Assembly: GCA_030705925.1 (NCBI GenBank) | Contig: JAUZPM010000003.1 | Location: 581 to 64,580, forward strand | Direction of reading: 5' to 3' | Source of the DNA: Bacillota bacterium | Lineage (GTDB): Bacteria; Bacillota; Clostridia; Oscillospirales; Feifaniaceae | DNA: 64,000 nt | In this document: piece after piece, positions 28,491 through 36,934 of the stretch | How the letters are laid out: the number at the start of each line of letters is the position of its first letter | Position numbering within the stretch: position 1 is the first letter of the stretch | Notes under the pieces: model-generated | The model's input: the letters and a program-made list of their open reading frames with translations, nothing else | The model's database searches: none | Told to the model about the DNA's origin: nothing | Made by a program: the position numbers and the translations under genes

Positions 28491-29348
28491 ATGAATTTAT
28501 CCTTTAACCTGGATATATCGGACGACTCAAAATGGATTACATTGACTCCGGCAAAGGCTGTTTATAAACTGCCGTTTTATTTATTTGAAATTGGTCATTT
28601 TAAAGCAGGCGATAATTATTTTACACAGCGTGAAGGGAAAAAGGATTTTTTATTTATATATACAATATCCGGCTCTGGAAGTATACAATATATGGACAGA
28701 CAATTTGACCTGTCAAGGCGGAACGCTGCTTTAATAGACTGCAGATATTTTCATCGTTATGTTACAGTTCCGGGTGAAACATGGGAATTTTTGTGGATGC
28801 ATTTTAACGGCACAGGCTGCGCGCTTTTTGAAAAGATGTTTAACGACGGGCAAAATACAGTAAATATAACAAATCCGAGAGATTTGGAAAAAGCTCATAA
28901 CAGATTATTAGAACTTTCAGATCAGAGCAGTATTTTTGCAAGGATTAGCATTTCAAATGAAATCCATAATATTCTTACCTGCACTGCCGAGAGTTTAATA
29001 AAACCGCAAACACCTGAAGTAACAGGGGAACATGAAAAAGATATAAAAAAGGTTATACAGTATATTGAAACACATGTTTCGGAGCCGATTTCTATTGACG
29101 ATATGGTAAAGCTTGTTCATATATCAAAGTATTATTTTATACGTCTGTTCAGGCGTTTTACAGGTCAAACTCCATATGAGTATCTTACTAACTGCCGTAT
29201 AAATCATGTGAAAAAGCTGTTAAAAGAATCTGATAAACCACTTTATGAAATTGCTTATGAAACTGGATTTTGTGATGACAGTCACTTGATCAAAACTTTT
29301 AAAAAGGCGGCGGGGATGTCGCCGCATGAATATAGAAAAAGTTTTTAA
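28491..29348 (+). CDS. AraC family transcriptional regulator
   Basis: C-terminal HTH_18 (ISKYYFIRLFRRFTGQTPYEYL...). Start trimmed to ATG 28491, preceded by AAAGGAG. Divergent from the isomerase-like gene. Confidence 0.9.
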   Translation: MNLSFNLDISDDSKWITLTPAKAVYKLPFYLFEIGHFKAGDNYFTQREGKKDFLFIYTISGSGSIQYMDRQFDLSRRNAALIDCRYFHRYVTVPGETWEFLWMHFNGTGCALFEKMFNDGQNTVNITNPRDLEKAHNRLLELSDQSSIFARISISNEIHNILTCTAESLIKPQTPEVTGEHEKDIKKVIQYIETHVSEPISIDDMVKLVHISKYYFIRLFRRFTGQTPYEYLTNCRINHVKKLLKESDKPLYEIAYETGFCDDSHLIKTFKKAAGMSPHEYRKSF

Positions 29349-29358
29349 GGAGGTAAAT

Positions 29359-29853
29359 ATGAACCCTAACGCAAATAAAAACGAGTTTATAAGCAAAATT
29401 TTGGAGGATGTTCAGGATGATCTGAAAGATGAGGAAGTGATCCATCTTTTACTGGAAAAAAAGGTTGCTTATAACCCTAAAAAGGTGAAGTACACTTTTG
29501 GGCAAAAGGCAGCTGACAAACTTGCAAACTATGCCGGAAGCTGGGGTTTTGTTTCAATCTTTTGCGCAATTCTTATTATTTGGATGTGTGTAAACGCTCT
29601 TTTATTAACAAAACCGTTTGATCCGTTCCCTTTCATACTATTGAATCTTGTTTTGTCGTGTGTGGCGGCTATACAGGCTCCCCTTATTATGATGAGCCAG
29701 AACCGTCAAGAACAGAAAGATAGAATGAGAGCCGAAAATGATTACAAGGTAAATTTAAAAACTGAAATAATAATAGAGGATCTACATAATAAGATTGATC
29801 AGCTTATAGAAAATCAGGAAAAAATTTTAAAACATATAGAAGTAAAAAAATAA
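29359..29853 (+). CDS. DUF1003 domain membrane protein
   Basis: FDPFPFILLNLVLSCVAAIQAPLIMMSQNRQEQKDR is typical of DUF1003. Start at ATG 29359 after AAGGAGG. Confidence 0.8.
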   Translation: MNPNANKNEFISKILEDVQDDLKDEEVIHLLLEKKVAYNPKKVKYTFGQKAADKLANYAGSWGFVSIFCAILIIWMCVNALLLTKPFDPFPFILLNLVLSCVAAIQAPLIMMSQNRQEQKDRMRAENDYKVNLKTEIIIEDLHNKIDQLIENQEKILKHIEVKK

Positions 29854-29907
29854 ACGTACTTATATCCTTAGTTTTTTACATTCTATTTACACAATAGAAA
29901 AATAGGC

Positions 29908-29945
29908 ATATAATACCCCTCACAAGGGGTATTATATTTTATTTA
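29908..29945 (+). terminator. Rho-independent terminator
   Basis: Perfect 13-bp stem ATATAATACCCCT/AGGGGTATTATAT, loop CACA, then TTTTATTT. Confidence 0.8.
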
Positions 29946-29971
29946 TATAAGATTAAAGGAGAGATTATCTT

Positions 29972-30793
29972 ATGGAAGTATTATTTATGGGAACTGCAGC
30001 GGCTGAAGGAATACCTGCACTGTTTTGCCAGTGCGACATATGCCGTGCGGCGGCTAAAAACGGGGGAAAAGATTTGCGCAGCAGGGCATCCTGCCTTTTT
30101 GACAATGATCTTTTAGTTGACTTTGGGCCGGATACCTTTATGCATAAACAGCAGTATAATATTGATTTGGGCTCGATAGAGCATATGATTATCACACATT
30201 CACATGAAGATCATTTTACTCCGCAGGAGCTAACCTACAGACGTCCTCCCTTTGGGCATTTAAAGGAAGTCAAACCTCTTCATATTTACGGCAATGCACA
30301 TGTAAAAATGGGCTATGACAACCTGTACAGCGGCAGGCAGCACTTTGATCCTTACTTAAAGTTTCACCTGATACGGGCATTTGAAACATTTACAGCTGGC
30401 GCATATGAGATAACACCGCTAAGGGGCCTGCATAAGCGCGACGAAGAATGTTTCGTTTATTATATCAAGAAAAATGGAAAAGCCGTTTTATATGGCAATG
30501 ACAGTGGGATATTTCCAAAAGAAACTTTGGACTGGCTTGCAGGGAAACCTGTAGATTTAGCGATTTATGACTGTACAATGGCATTTCATAAAGACGGAAA
30601 TAATCATATGGGGATTGAAGATAATGTTATCCTGAATAATGAGCTTAAAGCCAGAGGCTGTATTACAGATAAAACTAAGGTTATAATTACTCATTTTTCG
30701 CACAACGGTGAGGGACTTCATGACCAGCTTTTATCAAAAGGCGAAGAGTTTGGTTTTGAGCCTGCTTATGACGGTATGAAAATAGAACTATAA
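29972..30793 (+). CDS. MBL-fold metallo-hydrolase (PhnP-like)
   Basis: 273 aa. N-terminal GTAAAEGIPALFCQCDIC, metal motif HSHEDH. Confidence 0.8.
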   Translation: MEVLFMGTAAAEGIPALFCQCDICRAAAKNGGKDLRSRASCLFDNDLLVDFGPDTFMHKQQYNIDLGSIEHMIITHSHEDHFTPQELTYRRPPFGHLKEVKPLHIYGNAHVKMGYDNLYSGRQHFDPYLKFHLIRAFETFTAGAYEITPLRGLHKRDEECFVYYIKKNGKAVLYGNDSGIFPKETLDWLAGKPVDLAIYDCTMAFHKDGNNHMGIEDNVILNNELKARGCITDKTKVIITHFSHNGEGLHDQLLSKGEEFGFEPAYDGMKIEL

Positions 30794-30911
30794 ACACCAA
30801 AAATCATCGATTTTATTCATATTTTGACAAGTGTCCCCTTCTAATTACTTGACTTTGACATTTTTTATATTTATTATATAAACAGTAAATAATTAGTAAT
30901 TAGGAGGACCT

Positions 30912-31091
30912 ATGGAAAATAATTTTATTGTTGAGCTGAATGTTGATACAGCGTTGTTTTACACAAAAATTGCAAGTTATGCAGGGTTACCCGTTGAAAA
31001 AGTCTTAAGTGATGCCTTATTCAAACTAGCGGGTGAGCTTTCGCTAAGAACATTTAAGCAAAACAAGCAAATAAAAATGGCTGCACGATAA
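30912..31091 (+). CDS. Small (59 aa) ribbon-helix-helix-like protein, below the ORF-track cutoff
   Basis: ATG 30912 is 6 nt after AGGAGG. MENNFIVELNVDTALFYTKIASYAGLPVEKVLSDALFKLAGELSLRTFKQNKQIKMAAR. Beta-strand plus two helices align in pattern with CopG/Arc-type RHH. The stop lies inside a strong terminator. Confidence 0.55.
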   Translation: MENNFIVELNVDTALFYTKIASYAGLPVEKVLSDALFKLAGELSLRTFKQNKQIKMAAR

Positions 31092-31110
31092 TAGTGCAGC
31101 CATTTTTATG
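31077..31110. terminator. Bidirectional rho-independent terminator
   Basis: Perfect 10-bp stem ATGGCTGCAC/GTGCAGCCAT, 7-nt loop, A-run upstream and T-run downstream. Lies between convergent genes. Confidence 0.8.
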
Positions 31111-31123
31111 TAGATTATTAGAT

Positions 31124-32413
31124 TTATAAAAGTTTATTTACATTGTAAAGAGAATTGAGAACAAGCCAGTTCTGGGGGAAATAACGGTTAATAGTCCAAT
31201 AGCTTGCTCCTCCTAAATCATATTGATGAATTAGTCTTAATCTTGCTTCGACACTTCTTGCATCGTCAAACCATACTACATGTCTGCGTCTCTGAGAATC
31301 ATAATAACTGAAGTATGGCGCTTGGGATGTATTATCATATTGTATATTGGCGCCAACCTGTGCTGCAAGATCCACGGCTCCGGTGTTAGTCACTGTCCGT
31401 GCGGCAGATCCCGGTACATACGGAAGAGTCCAGTTGTAACCGTAGTTTGGCATGCCCATTAAGATTTTTTCACTTGGAATGGCCGTAGTTGCGTAAGCAA
31501 GGACTCGCCTAACCTGGTTTATAGGGGCGACGGCTTGAGGTGGTCCGTAGGTATAGCCCCATTCATAGGTCATTAATATGACGTGGTCGGCAAGCCGCCC
31601 GTGAACTGCATAATCGTGCGCTTCGTAAAGAAGTCCGGGCTGATTTGCACTTGTCTTCGGTGCAAGTGCAGTTGTAATTGTATAGCCCATCGGCCTAAGC
31701 CGTTCTACAACTTTTCGTAAAAAGTTGTTATAATCATCGCGGTCTTCCGGAAAAACATATTCAAAATCAATATCCAGCCCGTAATAATTTTTTTCCTGAA
31801 GTACACTTATCACATTATTTATGAGAGTATTCTGGACCTGCTCGTTTGTTAAAATTGAATGAGCCAGATCGCTGCTGAACCCGCCGCCTTCCTCAATATT
31901 TGTAATAACCATCATTGGAGCGACTTTTGCATTTCTTGCCGCTTCAATAAGTGGAGTATCATTAATGGTTGTAAGGCTGCCGTCTGGTTTGACCTGATAG
32001 CTGAAAATGCTTAGATATGTAAGATTAGGCAATGTACGTTGCAATACGTCCATATTAATATTCGGAAATGCATAGCCGTTTACGTCAATCGTACCAAGTT
32101 TTCTTGCAGAGCCCGGTATAGTAATAACCTGCCCAGGCTGAATGCGTGACGTGTTTGAGAGCCCCGGGTTTGCGGCAATAAGATCAGGGAGCGGCACACC
32201 ATATTTGCGTGCGATTGAAAATAGTGATTCCCCGCGTGTAACTGTATGTTGTCTATCATCGGTCATTATAACAATTGTTTGTCCTGTTACAAGCCTTTCT
32301 GGATTTGCAAGTTCATTATCACTGATAATTTTTGTATAGGGGACGCCGTATCTTTGAGAAATGGAATAGATACTATCACCCGGTCTAACAACATGAATAA
32401 TCAATGAGTTCAC
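31124..32413 (-). CDS. LysM-LysM-GH18 protein (YaaH/SleL-like spore cortex fragment hydrolase)
   Basis: 429 aa, GTG start. Two LysM repeats (VRPGDSIYSISQRYGV; VTRGESLFSIARKYGV) and the GH18 catalytic motif GLDIDFEYV. Confidence 0.85.
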   Translation of the reverse strand: MNSLIIHVVRPGDSIYSISQRYGVPYTKIISDNELANPERLVTGQTIVIMTDDRQHTVTRGESLFSIARKYGVPLPDLIAANPGLSNTSRIQPGQVITIPGSARKLGTIDVNGYAFPNINMDVLQRTLPNLTYLSIFSYQVKPDGSLTTINDTPLIEAARNAKVAPMMVITNIEEGGGFSSDLAHSILTNEQVQNTLINNVISVLQEKNYYGLDIDFEYVFPEDRDDYNNFLRKVVERLRPMGYTITTALAPKTSANQPGLLYEAHDYAVHGRLADHVILMTYEWGYTYGPPQAVAPINQVRRVLAYATTAIPSEKILMGMPNYGYNWTLPYVPGSAARTVTNTGAVDLAAQVGANIQYDNTSQAPYFSYYDSQRRRHVVWFDDARSVEARLRLIHQYDLGGASYWTINRYFPQNWLVLNSLYNVNKLL

Positions 32414-32441
32414 ACCTTCTTTATCAAAATAGCCTTATTAA

Positions 32442-32468
32442 ACTATATGCAATATTTTGATAATGAGT
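32442..32468 (-). promoter_or_regulatory. Candidate mother-cell (sigma-K/E-type) promoter for the YaaH-like gene
   Basis: Minus strand reads AC-N17-CATATAGT, ending about 29 nt before the GTG start. It resembles the AC-N17-CATAnnnTA sigma-K pattern. Confidence 0.3.
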
Positions 32469-32622
32469 GACTTTATAACAAAAAACTAATAATAATTAAT
32501 TAAAAAAATCAGATCCATTCGTTATTCCAAATTGCTTATCTCTATAAACGAGGTATGATGACTCTTTAAATATCATATTATTTCTGCATTGCTTAAGAAA
32601 CATATTAATATACTTATAATAA

Positions 32623-33501
32623 ATGAATTTAGGGGTCTTAATAATGATTGTTATAAAACTGAATTATAAATTAGTATCAATAGTTTCTTTTTTTTGTATA
32701 GTGATTTTATCACTTTTTTTATTGTTTGATAATAAAGTGGCACCTGTATCTACCGAGGAAGGCGTGGAAGTCCCAATACTAATGTATCATGAAGTGAAAG
32801 CAAATAATCTTAGCAGTATTTCGATTACTCCATATGAATTTGAGCAAGATCTTAAGTTTATAAAGGATAACGACTATACACCTGTAACTATGCAGGATCT
32901 TATAAATTATGTTTATTATGATATAAGTCTCCCGGAAAAGCCGATCGTGTTAAGTTTTGATGATGGATATTATAATAATTATGTTTATGCCTTCCCTCTT
33001 TTAAAAAAATATAATGTAAAAATCGTTTTATCTATTATCGGAAAGAGCAGTGATGATTTTACAAAGATTTGCGACGAAAATGTCAATTATTCACATATGA
33101 GCTGGAAACAAGTTAATGAAATGATAAATGCAAACTGTGCTGAAGTGCAGAACCATACATACAATCTGCATAAAATTACCAAAATTCGATACGGAGCCCA
33201 TAAAAAATGGGGTGAAAGCCTTGAAGAGTATGAAAAAGTGCTTTCAGACGATGTTGAGAAATGTCAGCAGGCAGTAGCAGGATATACAGGGACGACCCCT
33301 AATACTTTTACTTATCCATATGGCAGCATTTCAAAGGAATCTATACCGGTACTTAAAAAATTAGGTTTCAAGGCGGCTCTCACATGTAAATATGGCATCA
33401 ATATTTTACGCCACGATCCCGAACAGTTGTTTCAGCTAAAAAGAATTTCTCGCAGGCATAAGGATAATATTGGAAAAATTATTGAAAAAGCAAAAAAATA
33501 A
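32623..33501 (+). CDS. Polysaccharide deacetylase family protein (membrane-anchored)
   Basis: 292 aa. N-terminal TM anchor, NodB motif VLSFDDGYYNNY, later HTYNLH. Confidence 0.85.
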   Translation: MNLGVLIMIVIKLNYKLVSIVSFFCIVILSLFLLFDNKVAPVSTEEGVEVPILMYHEVKANNLSSISITPYEFEQDLKFIKDNDYTPVTMQDLINYVYYDISLPEKPIVLSFDDGYYNNYVYAFPLLKKYNVKIVLSIIGKSSDDFTKICDENVNYSHMSWKQVNEMINANCAEVQNHTYNLHKITKIRYGAHKKWGESLEEYEKVLSDDVEKCQQAVAGYTGTTPNTFTYPYGSISKESIPVLKKLGFKAALTCKYGINILRHDPEQLFQLKRISRRHKDNIGKIIEKAKK

Positions 33502-33521
33502 TATTACAATATATGTAAATA

Positions 33522-33551
33522 ATGTACTATACTTGAAATAATATAGTACAT
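33522..33551. promoter_or_regulatory. AT-rich 10-bp perfect inverted repeat (weak terminator or operator)
   Basis: ATGTACTATA (33522-33531), 10-nt spacer, TATAGTACAT (33542-33551). Imperfect extension on both sides. Lies 27 nt before the next start codon. Confidence 0.35.
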
Positions 33552-33577
33552 ATTTATGTAAAATTAAAGGAGGAAAT

Positions 33578-35224
33578 ATGGGCATGGATTATCCAAGAAC
33601 AAATGACGTACTCGGAACCGCAAACAGAGGGTATCCGGCAGAATCAGGAGTATGCACATTGTGCCAGGCTGATTGCAAGGGAAGATGCGAAACGTGGATG
33701 TCAAGCTTAAGGGGAAGAAAACTGCTCTATCCCCGCGATTTCGGGAAGATAACCGCAGGAAGCTCTAATACTAACCATATCGGCGTTTGCTATAGTAATC
33801 TTCGCATACAAGGTTATAATTACGGCGTGTACGGCGTTAAAGATAATTTGTCAAATAATGCTGACGACTGTATATTTCCTAATGTTAATATTGAAACATC
33901 ATTTGGCAAAAAAGTTAAGACAAAATCTAAAATACCGATTATGACGGGCGCGCTGGGATCAACATTTATTGCCCAGAAATATTGGTCAGGGTTTGCAGTA
34001 GGTGCGGCACTCGTAGGATTTCCTATAGTAATAGGCGAAAATGTGGTTGGAGTAGATAAAAACAGTATTATAGAAAACGGAAAAATCGTCAAAGCTCCGG
34101 AACTTGACAGAAGAATTGATACATACCTTAGATATTACGATGGATACGGCGCAATAATAGTTCAGATGAACGTTGAAGATACAAGAAACGGCGTTGCGGA
34201 ATATATCATTAATAAATACGGCGACAAAGTAATACTTGAGCTTAAATGGGGACAGGGTGCAAAGGATATTGGCGGAGAAATCCAGGTTTCCAGTTTAGAT
34301 TATGCTTTATTCCTTAAAAACCGCGGCTATATTGTCGATCCTGACCCGAGTTTACCCGAGGTTCAGCAGGCGTTTAAAAATGGATCGATAAAGACATTTG
34401 CCCGTCACAGCAGGCTTGGCTATACGGAACGCAGAAACTTTGAAGAGGTAAGAAACGATTTTTACTCGGCTATCGATCATCTTCGCTCGCTTGGGTATAA
34501 ACGGATTACCCTTAAAACGGGTTCGTATGGCATGGAAGCACTTGCAATGGCTATTAAATTTGCAAGCGATACCGGTCTTGACCTTCTAACCGTTGACGGA
34601 AGCGGCGGAGGAACAGGCATGAGCCCGTGGAATATGATGGAGAATTGGGGCGTTCCGTCGCTGCATCTTCATTCCAAAGCTTATGAATATGCAAATATAT
34701 TGAAAGCAAAAGGCACAGACGTTGTCGATATGGCTTTTGCCGGTGGATTTGCACGGGAGGATCATATATTTAAAGCGCTTGCACTTGGCTCTCCCTTTAC
34801 AAAATTAGTATGCATGGGCAGAGCCCTCATGATACCGGGATTCCTAGGCGCTAATATAGAAGGCGTTTTATTCCCCGAAAGAAGAGAAGAACTGAGTGGC
34901 AATTGGGACAGCTTGCCAAAATCTATAACAGAAGAATTCGGGTCAACGCCAGAGGAAATCTTCGCCGGATATTTTGATGTAATGAAAAAAGTTGGCGCTG
35001 ATGAGATGAAGAATATCCCTCTAGGTGCGGTTGCGTTATGGACCCTTGCAGATAAGCTGAGCGCAGGACTTCAGCAGCTGATGGCGGGGGCACGAAAATT
35101 TAAGTTGTCAGAGCTAAAAAGAAGCGATTTGTTTGCTGGAAACAGGGAAACGGCGGCTGAGACTGGAATAACCTTTATGACCGATGTAAACGACGAGACG
35201 GCAAAGAAAATACTGCTTGATTAA
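33578..35224 (+). CDS. FMN-binding glutamate synthase family protein (GltB domain-2-like) with N-terminal 4-Cys motif
   Basis: 548 aa. CTLCQADCKGRC (Cx2Cx3Cx3C) near the N-terminus. Glu_synthase-type TVDGSGGGTGMSPW motif. AAAGGAGG RBS. Confidence 0.8.
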   Translation: MGMDYPRTNDVLGTANRGYPAESGVCTLCQADCKGRCETWMSSLRGRKLLYPRDFGKITAGSSNTNHIGVCYSNLRIQGYNYGVYGVKDNLSNNADDCIFPNVNIETSFGKKVKTKSKIPIMTGALGSTFIAQKYWSGFAVGAALVGFPIVIGENVVGVDKNSIIENGKIVKAPELDRRIDTYLRYYDGYGAIIVQMNVEDTRNGVAEYIINKYGDKVILELKWGQGAKDIGGEIQVSSLDYALFLKNRGYIVDPDPSLPEVQQAFKNGSIKTFARHSRLGYTERRNFEEVRNDFYSAIDHLRSLGYKRITLKTGSYGMEALAMAIKFASDTGLDLLTVDGSGGGTGMSPWNMMENWGVPSLHLHSKAYEYANILKAKGTDVVDMAFAGGFAREDHIFKALALGSPFTKLVCMGRALMIPGFLGANIEGVLFPERREELSGNWDSLPKSITEEFGSTPEEIFAGYFDVMKKVGADEMKNIPLGAVALWTLADKLSAGLQQLMAGARKFKLSELKRSDLFAGNRETAAETGITFMTDVNDETAKKILLD

Positions 35225-35252
35225 AAAAAACGGGCTTATGCCCGTTTTTTTA
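35223..35252. terminator. Bidirectional terminator lying exactly between two convergent stop codons
   Basis: A8-CGGGC-TTAT-GCCCG-T7. The flanking stop codons are at 35222-35224 (+) and 35250-35252 (-). Confidence 0.8.
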
Positions 35253-35648
35253 TGTATTATTCTTAAGTGCGTTTTCAATTGCTTTTTGATATGCCTTACA
35301 TGTAACTGTCGCGCCTGATATCGCGTCGACATCAATATTTTGTTTTTCTTTAATAGAATTAAAAAGTTTATCTGTAACATCAGAAACGGGAACTTTGACG
35401 TCTTTCACTACTTTGATATCAACAATCTTACCGCCTGAAATTGTTACATCCAGCGTATTAGACCAGCGGTAACCCGAAAACGAACCGCGGTATACTCCAT
35501 CCGGCATATTTTGAACTGAGATATTTTGAATGTCTGTATTTTTTATTTTTTTCTGCCCTGCCATTAAAAACGCTGCCATACATAATAAAGCGATAAGTAT
35601 AATTGCCAAAATAATACCGATTATCAAACCTGCTTTTTTCCTTTTCAT
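35250..35648 (-). CDS. Membrane-anchored FMN-binding domain protein
   Basis: 132 aa. N-terminal TM anchor, C-terminal FMN_bind motif DVDAISGATVTCKAY. Confidence 0.8.
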   Translation of the reverse strand: MKRKKAGLIIGIILAIILIALLCMAAFLMAGQKKIKNTDIQNISVQNMPDGVYRGSFSGYRWSNTLDVTISGGKIVDIKVVKDVKVPVSDVTDKLFNSIKEKQNIDVDAISGATVTCKAYQKAIENALKNNT

Positions 35649-35764
35649 ATATTACCCTCCCTTAGTATTCTATAATACTATCAGGCTTTATATGTGTCAA
35701 ATAAAACAGCAAAATTGCAATTTGGGTATATTTCTAAATTTATTATACCTAAGGTTTAACAGCT

Positions 35765-36934
35765 CTAATTTTTATGATATTTAAAAGATTTATATGATAT
35801 GGGCAGTAAAATTAAAATACATAATACAGCTGTGATTAGCATGACATGTTGCATGATGATTTCTTTTCCGAAAATGTTGTAGAAAACAGCAATTTTATAA
35901 TTGTCTTTTGCATCTACTAAATTGATCGGAAATAACATAAATAATTTTTCAATCAGTATTGATATTTTAGATATATCTATCCACGGAACAAAGAAAATTA
36001 TCAAAGCTATACTTAACGCATAAAATGGCGAGTTGCTTTTAGAAGATACTAAAAGTGTAATTGCAGTCATAACGCTGATGCCGATAAAACCATATAAAAA
36101 TACAAGTCCCCATAATCCAAGAAAATTTAAATTAAAGGCTGACGTTAAATAGATTGTTGATAATTGTATGTTGCATTTTGAACCCGTAAATCCGTAAATA
36201 AAGTAATATGCGATAAAAAGCGTAACTGCAAAAATAAATAAAATTGATGTGCTGACTATATATGCTGTGATTATTTTAGCTTTTATCAGCTTGCTTTTTC
36301 CGTATTTAGTTGTAAGAATAACAGAATCAGCTCCACTGCTATATTCTTGCGAAAAAATAGGCGATAGACAAAAAATTAACATGATACATATAAACACTAA
36401 AATTATTGAAAAATCATAGCAAAGCCGTAGCCAGCCTGAAAAATAATCAAAATACAGGGGTATTTTAATGTTGTTATACATAGAAGAAAGTTTATTTATT
36501 ACCTCTGATTTAATATTTAATAAGCTACCTACTTTAGAAGGTTCCATTAAAAAAAATGAATTTTCAAGTTTGCTAATATCTTTATTTTTGAGTTTGACCT
36601 TTATATCAGGGATGACCCCTTCCTGAACATTTGTAATCGCTGATATAACTGCTGCATATCTGTGCTTGTCAGATTTTGGAGCACTATTATATTCATCTTT
36701 TATTTCTTTTACGCGGTCGTCAGTCAGATATCCTTTAAACTGTGATGAATACTGCTTATTCAGCGAAATTGCCTTTGTTCCTCTTTCGGTTAAGCCGTCA
36801 GAAATCATATGGGACTCATCAGCTATACCTAACAAAATAGTTATAACCGTCCCTAAAAGCGCTATAGCTAACGCTATATATGTAATATGGTTTTTTAATA
36901 TTTTCTTTAATTCAAATCCTATTAGGGTTGTCAT
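35765..36934 (-). CDS. ABC-2 type transporter permease
   Basis: 389 aa. TM1, a large extracytoplasmic loop, then 5 C-terminal TM helices. 4-nt overlap with the upstream ATPase gene. Confidence 0.75.
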   Translation of the reverse strand: MTTLIGFELKKILKNHITYIALAIALLGTVITILLGIADESHMISDGLTERGTKAISLNKQYSSQFKGYLTDDRVKEIKDEYNSAPKSDKHRYAAVISAITNVQEGVIPDIKVKLKNKDISKLENSFFLMEPSKVGSLLNIKSEVINKLSSMYNNIKIPLYFDYFSGWLRLCYDFSIILVFICIMLIFCLSPIFSQEYSSGADSVILTTKYGKSKLIKAKIITAYIVSTSILFIFAVTLFIAYYFIYGFTGSKCNIQLSTIYLTSAFNLNFLGLWGLVFLYGFIGISVMTAITLLVSSKSNSPFYALSIALIIFFVPWIDISKISILIEKLFMLFPINLVDAKDNYKIAVFYNIFGKEIIMQHVMLITAVLCILILLPISYKSFKYHKN

